From assembly GCA_002269645.1 (NCBI GenBank), contig NIVC01000325.1:1-36901 (forward strand): a stretch of DNA of 36,901 nucleotides. Reading direction: 5' to 3'. The DNA comes from Macrostomum lignano. Its lineage: Eukaryota. Positions within the stretch are counted from its first letter, which is position 1, and each line of letters opens with the position of its first letter. This document shows positions 1 to 9,977 of the stretch, piece after piece. The position numbers and the translations under genes are program-made. The notes beneath the pieces were generated by a model, which worked only from the letters and a program-made list of their open reading frames with translations, was not told the DNA's origin and searched no databases.

Positions 1-1169
1 CGTAAATTTACAGCCGCTTTTCTTCGAATCACGCAAGAGTTCTTTTTTGCATATTTAATTTACCGCTGTTACTATTTTTTTCATAGACAAAGAAACCTCA
101 CACCGTGTAGTTGTCTCTCGTGTGTGTAACCTCACACACGAGAGAATATTTTTATTATATGCTATTGCTTTTCAGGCCAAAAATGCTTGTCAGATTGCGC
201 AAACTATACATAAAAGGTAAAGACATGCATTGTAGCAGTCCTAAGCCTGCCGAAACGAGGGTGAAAGCAGCGATGTCTACCCGCCAGCAAAAGTTGTCTA
301 TGGCCCCAAGTGGGCACAAAGAAACTATGTGTATATTTTGAGCTAATATTTGCATTAACATGAGATATTAACATTAACATGAGATAAACATTAGATATAT
401 ATATAGTCCATTGACAGTCTTTAGATTTCTCACGCGGAATACCTTCTGACCTTAGTTTGATTGATTAAAGTTAAACGTACAATTTTCAAGCTTGCAATTT
501 CCAAACAGTGAGCTTGCACTCTGGAACTGCCGACTGCAATAGAGTAGTTGGTAGCGATCTCGTGAATGAGTTCTTAGTCGGCACAACAGACCTAGTCGAG
601 CAGTCGGTAGCCGATCTCTCGATTACGTCTCCAGTCGATACAACCGACCTGTTCGATCCGGTAAAGCTTGTTTCAGACGGGGCCTGGAACAGCCAGTCGA
701 CGACTAATAGTGTGTCAATTCACGAAACAGGTTTCCAACGTGATCTTCCGGTGTAGGATTGCGTAGTTCCTCATCAATTAGCCTCTCTTGCTCATCCGTC
801 AGCCCTGTCCATTGATTGATTCTGTCGACATGGTCCCGAGGATCGAGATGCGTGATGAAATCGAGCTCATCTGAGCTCAATCCACTAATTTCGTCTTCGC
901 GTATTGAAGAATAACGCAGCATATTCAACAAACAGTAAAGGAATAAAAACACGATGGATTTTTCTTTCTAACATGACTTCAACATGACTTAATATGACAG
1001 GTCTCGAGTGCTTAGGCCATAGACAAGTCAAGAAGAAGCGGGCGAGAAATGAAGCCAATAGCTTACTTCAAATGGAATTTGACCATAGAATGGATTCAGC
1101 GGGCGTGAAATGGTATTTCTCGCCCGCTGCGTTGGCAGGCTTAGATTGGCTACAATACTAATATACTCG

Positions 1170-1238
1170 TAGTTAGGCTGTCTTGGGCAGAAATGAGCGA
1201 AACAGACGCGCTCATTTCTGCCCAAGACAGCCTAACTA
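1170..1238. repeat. Perfect 30-bp inverted repeat with 9-nt spacer
   Basis: TAGTTAGGCTGTCTTGGGCAGAAATGAGCG (1170-1199) and its exact reverse complement (1209-1238). Confidence 0.97.
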
Positions 1239-1519
1239 TATTATATATTATGATAGTTTTTTAAACTAGACGTGCCATAATTTGAGGTAATCTAAGTTCG
1301 CCCAGCTGGGCCGTCCGAGCTGCTCCGTCAGCCTCCATTTCGAAAAACTGCAGAACGAGGAATCAAAATTAGCAGTGACATTCGAATGAATGAAACAAAG
1401 TCTGCAGTGGAAGGAAATTTCGTCTCTGCCTGGTGCATTTTTTGCGGCGGAGATGTCTGTACAGTAGCAGCGGTTGCGGCAAGGATGTCGCCAGCGGATC
1501 ATGCAAAATTGATTGATTT

Positions 1520-1701
1520 ATTAATTAGCTTCACGCAACCTCCACGGCACCAGAGCAATTAACAATAATCTGTAATAATCCAAGGTCGCTTGGACGGACC
1601 GAGCCAGCTGCATTGGAAACCCGCTGGTCGTTGATCTTGAAGGAGGCGCACAGCAGGCCAGCGTGCGCCGTGTCAAACTTGCTGTCCGAGCGAGTCCGTC
1701 A
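1520..1701 (-). CDS. Probable terminal exon of the tetraspanin (cytoplasmic tail); acceptor ambiguous
   Basis: Two phase-2 compatible acceptors (1701 after GAG, 1681 after CAG) open different frames ending near 1522-1533. AATAAA follows at 1517-1522 on the minus strand. I cannot choose the frame. Confidence 0.35.
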
Positions 1702-2196
1702 CTCGTAAAACAAGACGGCTTTAAACACCGCCAGGAACAAGGGCTGCCTTATTACTTAAAAGTGTCTTTTTGATGGGGTTTGTTTCGTCTACTCAAAGTT
1801 GGTGAGCTTATTAGAAGGATAAAGCCCAAATTTAATTTGCCACTTGCTGCAGGTTGGGTAATACGCATTATTTTTTTGCAGACAGTATATCTAGGTAAGT
1901 CCGGTGCAATATATTACCTTAAATTTCTCGTTTTGCACTCTAATCTGTGTATTTCTGGTAAAAAAATAAAGCAATACTTTGAAGGTACCGAATATACTTG
2001 TATTGCTGTAGCACCAGCAGCGAATATATTAATTCAAAATAGTGTCCTGGTTTCTGCAAGCATGTCTTATTAAAAGCAACTGAAAAATTGCTGCGCGCCT
2101 AAAATTATTTTTATTCTATACTTAAGCACACAAGTCAACTTTTGTGGATTTACCAGTAGGACATTTTCCACGACCTTTGGAAAATTCAAAACTTAC

Positions 2197-2243
2197 TCAG
2201 ACGGGCCTATGATGCTCACCATTGTGGAGGCGACGCACATGGC
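2197..2243 (-). CDS. Tetraspanin, exon 5 (end of TM4); not in the ORF track
   Basis: Acceptor catttcag|GCC, donor GA|gtaagt (phase 2). AMCVASTMVSIIGPS completes TM4. Confidence 0.8.
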
Positions 2244-2352
2244 CTGAAATGCAACAAGTCAGTTTTCAAAGAGACGGAGACAGAAGAATCAGGTCTGCAT
2301 AGCATGGAACAAGCTGTTGGAATGCCTGCTAAGGCAGCATTGCGGATGTTAC

Positions 2353-2436
2353 CTGGCAAAGGGATGTGAAGACGGCCCATAGCGAGATCATTAAATCGTA
2401 AAAGGCATCCTTGTTGCTGATCTTTGTCAGACAGTC
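2353..2436 (-). CDS. Tetraspanin, exon 4 (last loop Cys and TM4 start); not in the ORF track
   Basis: Acceptor ttcaacag|GAC, donor CAG|gtaaca, 28 codons, phase 0/0. DCLTKISNKDAFYDLMISLWAVFTSLCQ supplies the conserved Cys before TM4. Confidence 0.85.
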
Positions 2437-2533
2437 CTGTTGAAGGTGAATTTTTTATTAATGATTTCTTGCCGAGTCAGCTTCGCTTCTGCCCTGCAGA
2501 TTTTGCGTGTTATAATGATGCGCTGATGGGTTA

Positions 2534-5488
2534 TGTTGGCGTGTTGGAGCTGTGCAGTGAGGATCGGTCAGGACTGTGTTGGAGCTGTGCAGTGAGGATC
2601 GGTCAGGACTGTGTTGGTGTGTTGGAGCTGTGCAGTGAGGATCGGTCAGGACTGTGTTGGAGCTGTGCAGTGAGAATCAGTCAGGACTGTGTTGGAGCTG
2701 TGCAGTGAGGATCAGTCAGGACTGTGTTGGTGTGTTGCAGCTGTGCAGTGAGGATCGGTCAGGACTGTGTTGCAGCTGTGCAGTGAGGATCGGTCAGGAC
2801 TGTGTTGCAGCTGTGCAGTGAGGATCGGTCAGGACTGTGTTGGAGCTGTGCAGTGAGGATCAGTCAGGACTGTGTTGGTGTGTTGCAGCTGTGCAGTGAG
2901 GATCGGTCAGGACTGTGTTGCAGCTGTGCAGTGAGGATCGGTCAGGACTGTGTTGGTGTGTTGCAGCTGTGCAGTGAGGATCGGTCAGGACTGTGTTGCA
3001 GCTGTGCAGTGAGGATCGGTCAGGACTGTGTTGCAGCTGTGCAGTGAGGATCGGTCAGGACTGTGTTGGAGCTGTGCAGTGAGGATCAGTCAGGACTGTG
3101 TTGGTGTGTTGCAGCTGTGCAGTGAGGATCGGTCAGGACTGTGTTGCAGCTGTGCAGTGAGGATCGGTCAGGACTGTGTTGGAGCTGTGCAGTGAGGATC
3201 GGTCAGGACTGTGTTGCAGCTGTGCAGTGAGGATCGGTCAGGACTGTGTTGGAGCTGTGCAGTGAGGATCAGTCAGGACTGTGTTGGTGTGTTGGAGCTG
3301 TGCAGTGAGGATTGGTCAGGACTGTGTTGGCGTGTTGGAGCTGTGCAGTAAGGATGGGTCAGGACTGTGTTGGTGTGTTGGAGCTGTGCAGTGAGGATCG
3401 GTCAGGACTGTGTTGGTGTATTGGAGCTGTGCAGTGAGGATTGGTCAGGGCTGTGTTGGAGCTGTGCAGTGAGGATCGGTCAGGACTATGTTGGAGCTGT
3501 GCAGTGAGGATCAGTCAGGACTGTGTTGGTGTGTTGGAGCTGTGCAGTGAGGATCGGTCAGGACTGTGTTGGAGCTGTGCAGTGAGGATTGGTCAGGACT
3601 GTGTTGGAGCTGTACAGTGAGGATCGGTCAGGACTGTGTTGGTGTTTTGGAGCTGTGCAGTGAGAATCGGTCAGGACTTTGTTGGAGCTGTGCAGTGAGG
3701 ATTGGTCAGGACTGTGTTGGTGTTTTGGAGCTGTGCAGTGAGGATCGGTCAGGGCTGTGTTGGAGTGTTGGAGCTGTGCAGTGAGGATCGGTCAGGACTG
3801 TGTTGGTGTATTGGAGCTGTGCAGTGAGGATTGGTCAGGGCTGTGTTGGAGCTGTGCAGTGAGGATTGGTCAGGACTGTGCTGGAGCTGTGCAGTGAGGA
3901 TCGGTCAGGACTGTGTTGGAGCTGTGCAGTGAGGATCGGTCAGGACTGTGTTGGAGCTGTGCAGTGAGGATCGGTCAGGACTGTGTTGGAGCTGTGCAGT
4001 GAGGATTGGTCAGGACTGTGTTGGAGCTGTACAGTGAGGATCGGTCAGGACTGTGTTGGTGTTTTGGAGCTGTGCAGTGAGGATCGGTCAGGACTGTGTT
4101 GGTGTGTTGGAGCTGTGCAGTGAGGATTGGTCAGGACTGTGTTGGAGCTGTACAGTGAGGATCGGTCAGGACTGTGTTGGTGTTTTGGAGCTGTGCAGTG
4201 AGGATCGGTCAGGACTGTGTTGGTGTGTTGGAGCTGTGCAGTGAGGATTGGTCAGGACTGTGTTGGTGTGTTGGAGCTGTGCAGTGAGGATCGGTCAGGA
4301 CTGTGTTGGTGTATTGGAGCTGTGCAGTGATGGTGTGTTGGAGCTGTGCAGTGATGGTGTGTTGGAGCTGTGCAGTGAGGATTGGTCAGGACTGTGTTGG
4401 TGTATTGGAGCTGTGCATTGAGGATTGGTCAGGACTGTGTTGGTGTGTTGGAGCTGTGCAGTGAGGATTGGTCAGGACTGTGTTGCAGCTGTGCAGTGAG
4501 GATCGGTCAGGACTGTGTTGGAGCTGTGCAGTGAGGATCGGTCAGGACTGTGTTGGAGCTGTGCAGTGAGGATCAGTCAGGACTGTGTTGGAGCTGTGCA
4601 GTGAGGATCGGTCAGGACTGTGTTGGAGCTGTGCAGTGAGGATCAGTCAGGACTGTGTTGGAGCTGTGCAGTGAGGATCGGTCAGGACTGTGTTGGAGCT
4701 GTGCAGTGAGGATCGGTCAGGGCTGTGTTGGAGCTGTGCAGTGAGGATCAGTCAGGACTGTGTTGGAGCTGTGCAGTGAGGATCGGTCAGGACTGTGTTG
4801 GAGTGTTGGAGCTGTGCAGTGAGGATCGGTCAGGACTGTGTTGGAGCTGTGCAGTGAGGATCGGTCAGGACTGTGTTGGTGTGTTGGAGCTGTGCAGTGA
4901 TGGTGTGTTGGAGCTGTGCAGTGATGGTGTGTTGGAGCTGTGCAGTGAGGATTGGTCAGGACTGTGTTGGTGTATTGGAGCTGTGCATTGAGGATTGGTC
5001 AGGACTGTGTTGGTGTGTTGGAGCTGTGCAGTGAGGATTGGTCAGGACTGTGTTGCAGCTGTGCAGTGAGGATCGGTCAGGACTGTGTTGGAGCTGTGCA
5101 GTGAGGATCGGTCAGGACTGTGTTGGAGCTGTGCAGTGAGGATCAGTCAGGACTGTGTTGGAGCTGTGCAGTGAGGATCGGTCAGGACTGTGTTGGAGCT
5201 GTGCAGTGAGGATCAGTCAGGACTGTGTTGGAGCTGTGCAGTGAGGATCGGTCAGGACTGTGTTGGAGCTGTGCAGTGAGGATCGGTCAGGGCTGTGTTG
5301 GAGCTGTGCAGTGAGGATCAGTCAGGACTGTGTTGGAGCTGTGCAGTGAGGATCGGTCAGGACTGTGTTGGAGTGTTGGAGCTGTGCAGTGAGGATCGGT
5401 CAGGACTGTGTTGGAGCTGTGCAGTGAGGATCGGTCAGGACTGTGTTGGAGTGTTGGAGCTGTGCAGTGAGGATCGGTCAGGACTGTG
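2534..5488 (+). repeat. 35-bp minisatellite (with 43-bp variant), ~80 units, filling tetraspanin intron 3
   Basis: Unit GTTGGAGCTGTGCAGTGAGGATCGGTCAGGACTGT with an optional GTTGGTGT insertion, read directly. Confidence 0.98.
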
Positions 5489-5590
5489 CCAGTTATTCGA
5501 TAATACGCCAATCATATGACGTAAAATTGGGACTCAATACTTTAACTCGAGCACGTTGAAAAAGACAATCATTCTAACAAAGTAGCTCAC

Positions 5591-5785
5591 ATATTTGTGA
5601 ACGTATTTCTTTTCCCGAGCCTCCTTCAGGTTCTCGGCTTGTTGGCACTTCGGTCCAGGTTCCAGACAGCAGGAGTCGGGCAGGGTGGTCTTCTTGCCGG
5701 TTACGTTGGCGTTGACCAGCTTGTACCATGGAGACTGGAGGAACAGGTTCTCCTTCTCATCGCCGCTCCAGCCGCAGCACAACTC
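5591..5785 (-). CDS. Tetraspanin, exon 3 (CCG and PxSCC motifs)
   Basis: Acceptor aaacag|GAG (NAGNAG; alternative start 5782), donor TAT|gtgagc. ELCCGWSG...LPDSCCLEPGPKC contains the tetraspanin CCG and PxSCC signatures. Confidence 0.93.
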
Positions 5786-5888
5786 CTGTTTCAGTGGCCC
5801 AAGTTTAAATTGGTTAGCGAGTGAGCAATAATCTAATTAGTTGTCTTCCATAATGTGCTATCAGATTGAGAATTTAAAATTTCCTGAC

Positions 5889-6062
5889 CTCTTCTTGCCC
5901 ATTGTTTAAAAACGAAGTCACGCCTTCGTCTTCGCCATATTGCTTTGTTAATTTTTCTCTGTATTCGTTTATATCCGATTTAGTCAGAGTATTCCTGTTC
6001 GTGAGATGCATCACAAGGATGACTACGTTTGTGACAACCGCGCAGGCCAGAATGCAAACGAT
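5889..6062 (-). CDS. Tetraspanin, exon 2 (TM3 and start of large extracellular loop)
   Basis: Acceptor ccttccag|ATC, donor GAG|gtcagg, 58 codons, phase 0/0. IVCILACAVVTNVVILVMHL...GVTSFLNNGQEE matches the helix that precedes the CCG motif. Confidence 0.88.
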
Positions 6063-6439
6063 CTGGAAGGTGGGCAGGTGAGGCAGTTCCGGCCGCAATT
6101 TAGGCTCCAAGAGGCTGATTCGAGAAGCCATTGATAAGAGTCCTGGAAAAGGGGGCTTCAATCGGCTCTGCGACTCAGCGATAAATGAGGGCCAGCCCCC
6201 AAGAGGTACACAGAGTGTACAGTATGTGCCTGAAAATTAGAAAGTCAGGGCCACCGTAACCCTTGTGTGAGTGTATGAGTACAGCATCTATGCACAGCTT
6301 GTGTGCGCTCAGGAGGCTGAACTGGCTCAACGCTGGTTGTGGGACGATGTCACCGAAAAAGCTGCGCCAGGGAGCCCACGGCCCCTCCCTGCAATTATTA
6401 CTACATGAATATATCTTACAAAAGTCCCCTAACTGTGCT

Positions 6440-7110
6440 CGCATGGGCGTATTCAGCATGCCAGTGAAGTATGAGACAGACCAGGCCCATGGGCTAAGGT
6501 CTGCGATGCTCCACGCCTGCCTCCATCTTCAGCAGGTAAGGCCAGTGGGAGGTCTGCACCCTCTCTTTGCCGCTGGCAGCCGTAGACCCCCCACGCTGTT
6601 TCGCAAGCCGACCAGGGGTACCCGTCCCCGCGAGTGTTCAAGGCAGACCCTAGGGCTGCTGGACAGACAGGGCTCCGGCGCTGGCGACCCATCATCTAGT
6701 AGCTTCGGCCAAACTTAGGTATGCGGGTTTGGCTTGCCAGCCTGCAGGCCTTGGTACTGCTCAACGTACCCTCTAATGCCTAAGGTGTTGACCGTGCCGA
6801 TAGGCTGGAAGGCCGGGGAGTAGTCCGGTCGCAAGCGGTCCCCCTCCTGGTGTCGGGCCAGCCTTGAGGGTTCTTTTGGCCTACTGCCCGGGTGGGTACC
6901 GCGCCCCTTCGAGGGTAGCCCACCACCTTTATCATGGCCTTCGAGCCGACTATGAATAAGCTGCTGGAGACACTGGGGGACCTCCCTGGGCGGCGTTCAT
7001 AGCGATGCGTCGGCCGTTCAGGGATTAGCGGAATGAGCGTTCGCGCCTTCCCGCTTTGTCCCCCTCCGAGGCATCCCTGCAGCTAAGTCAAGTAAGTCAA
7101 GTCCCGTAGC
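6440..7110. mobile_element. GC-rich insert in tetraspanin intron 1, possibly a non-LTR retroelement fragment
   Basis: Abrupt GC-rich block with no conserved ORF. Ends in TAAGTCAAGTAAGTCAAGT, similar to the short tandem tails of RTE-type elements. Orientation signals conflict. Confidence 0.25.
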
Positions 7111-7576
7111 TGTATTTGCACACAAAAATGAACACTCTTCAATGCTTGCTTTTGCGTTTTTATGTTGCAAGACACATGATCGTGGGCAGTCTTTGCTGCC
7201 GAAACGTTTTTCCCTCATTACACTGACAGGAGGCTGTAGTAAGCAACAAAAAGAGCTTTCTCACACTGAGATTAATTAGGGATTAGTGCCTTCTTAAGGG
7301 TCCCGGCAAGATCCACAAAGTCCCCTGCTAATTTTAAGTAAACCAACAAAAAGGAATCTCCAGAGAGGATAAATTAATATTAGTTAGTTACTTGTACTAA
7401 TGTTACTTTAGTTAATTATAGCTTGTATATGGGCCATTCCGCCGACCCTTGAACACGCACATGTACATGGACTCGTACGCAGGCACGCACTCACACAGAG
7501 TGTACAACTGACTCTGTTCCTACGCCCAGGGGCCACGGAGAAGCAGCAACATCAGGTAGAGTTCGGACGCACTTAC

Positions 7577-7822
7577 AATTTTGAGCAGGATGCGCCAGTT
7601 CTGCACGACGCCAACAATGCCCAGGATGCCAATGGTGATGTTAGCCAGGCTGGAAAAGATCTTGATGAGGCCGCCGCCTTTGAAAGTGAACGATTCTCCC
7701 ACAGTTAAATACGGATTTGTGGCTATGGTGATTCCGTAGAAAGTTAAACTGATGATTCCCAGTAAAATGTTGGCGCTGTACGTCACTATCACTATGTGAC
7801 GGATGGCCTCGCTGGATAGCAT
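7577..7822 (-). CDS. Tetraspanin, coding exon 1 (TM1, small loop, TM2)
   Basis: ATG at 7822, MLSSEAIRHIVIVTYSANILLGIISL...IGILGIVGVVQNWRILLKI. Two hydrophobic segments. Ends at a canonical donor ATT|gtaagt, phase 0, 82 codons. Confidence 0.85.
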
Positions 7823-8552
7823 TCGTGTGGATTGTAACTTCCAGTAGTTTTCGTATTTCTACACGAAAATCTAAGAATAAATTAGCTTCAAGGCTCTCTT
7901 TTGTGATACTTTGGCTATAAAAGTGCTCCACTTTCCGACCATAGACAGCTGCGCTCGTGAGCGGAAGAACGATATGTGGTCAAAAATACAAATTTGAGTT
8001 AACTTGAAAAAAAATTGGTGACTACCAAACGACTTCGGTAATAATTTAACAACCTTATAATTTTTCTGGGGTTAATTTTACTAAGAACATATTAGGATAG
8101 CCTAAGCGTACATTTCAAAATTTCAAAACTTCTGCAAAACTTCACTTCTGCTGAAATTACTTGTAGTCCCTCTTGAAATCTGTAAAATTGCAAGTACAAA
8201 CTCTTGCATTGTACGTCGAACGTCTAAAATAATATTTCGGTCACTTTTATAAACTTAAAACTTTACAAACTCTAAATTTAATATAGCCCAACTCGTGAAG
8301 ATTATTGAGTTAGTGGACGTGACTCGCAAGAATTTTCCCATTATGCGAAATTTTGCGCTAGCAAAAGCAACCCCTGAGATTCATGACGACTACAGTTCAC
8401 TCAAGGACTACTAGACTTGATATAACGAAGTGTTCCTAGTGGTCCTTGAGTCCACTTTAAAGTTTACTGCAGGTTTCAGTCTGTTAGGTTCGGAGTTCCA
8501 AATGGATTACATATAAAAGACGGCCATTTACTCGTAACTGACACAAGAAGCG

Positions 8553-8700
8553 ACCCAGCGGGAAAGGCACCGCTGGAACAACGTTGTGTACCAACGGTGG
8601 ACCAACGGCTACAAATGTCCGGCGCAAAACCGTTGGAACAACGGTGGCAAAACAACGGTTATACAACGCTATACCAACGCCAAACCAATGCCTGTGTGGC
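8553..8700. mobile_element. Possible terminal fragment of a DNA transposon with subterminal CAACG repeats
   Basis: About eight CAACG(G/T/C) motifs in ~130 bp following CCCAGC. No matching opposite terminus found. Confidence 0.3.
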
Positions 8701-9977
8701 CAATTGTGGGTGACTTTTTAAATGTACGTACTTTTTAGCTTATACCCGCAGCCTTTCGATGACGACCTGTTGCGTCATGGGTGGTTGAAGCTGACAGGCC
8801 ACATCATCCGCGCCCAGGATCGTAATGTCCACAGACGGTGCAGGAGGGGCTGCTGCTTACGTTGCAGATGTCTTTCTATGTTAGGAATACGTACTTAATG
8901 ATGAAATATTTTGTTAAAACTGACGTTTTCAACTTTCAATTCCATTTTTTACCCCAATTTTGCGCATCTGCCGTTGTTTTGAGATAAATGTGCACTACAT
9001 TGCCGCAATTTCAAAACGGCTCGCTGCAAAGTGTAATTGGTGTAAAATCAAGCCACTGAAGAATCGCTTCTTGTTGTCGTCTATGGCCTCTATGGCCCAA
9101 AAGGGGTTCTATGGAGCAACCACAGACCTTTTTGGGGCATAGACAATGAAAAGCAATTCTTCAATTAGCTTTATTCTACACCTACACTAATGATTAAATT
9201 GCCTGCTCTTTAACTCGATTAAATTGGAAAACGCCGTAGTTTAACAGCTTGTACTCGACGCGACTACTTTTATTGCCTGTTAACTTTTTACTATAGTTCA
9301 TTCCGAACAACCGTGACAGCCATGTTGTGACGGTTTCATTTCTTGTACATAATTTAGTGTGCCGTCGTAAAAGTACGAGTATTTTTGCAAAGTACTCGTA
9401 ATTATTTTCATTTATTGTAATTATTCTATTAATTTACAAGTACATCTGCACGTATTGTTTGACATGTTAAGCAGATAAAGTTTACACTATTTTGTTTCAA
9501 TCTTAATGCTTCAATTTCAAATGATTATAAAAATGTTTTGAATTTCCCTGCAAGCTGCTTGTCTGGTTTGTCGCTCGTCGCTCTTGGCTTTGAGTTGGCT
9601 TTAATTTATCATTTAATATATTGAATAGTTCGCAGATGTTCCACAGTATTTTCGACAGCTCCCTGTAATTCGCCTAGTTCACTACTATCTCTTCATGCAT
9701 GTAAATCCTGATAGACCGCTATAAAACGCATCAACATCAGCAAAAGAAAAGTACGCCTAAGACCCCGTCACAACGTGTCAGTCGCCTGGGTTTTCGTTTA
9801 AACTACTTTGTTACGCTGATTTTGTTTAATGGTTTCGTTTTGTTTTGCTTAGAGAAGCGAACTAGAGAAATATGGGCTATTGTTATTTTAAATACCTTTC
9901 CTTGATTTACATACAGTCAGGTATCTGTTTCATCAAAAGTATCCAAGAATGCCGCGGAGCGGATCAAATTCGATAGG

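Noticed and set aside
2424-5519. Many Cys/Leu-rich ORFs (LELCSEDRSGLCWSCAVRIGQDC) resembling metallothionein or LRR repeats
   Set aside because: Translations of the 35-bp minisatellite. Stops and 8-bp indels are scattered without regard to frame.
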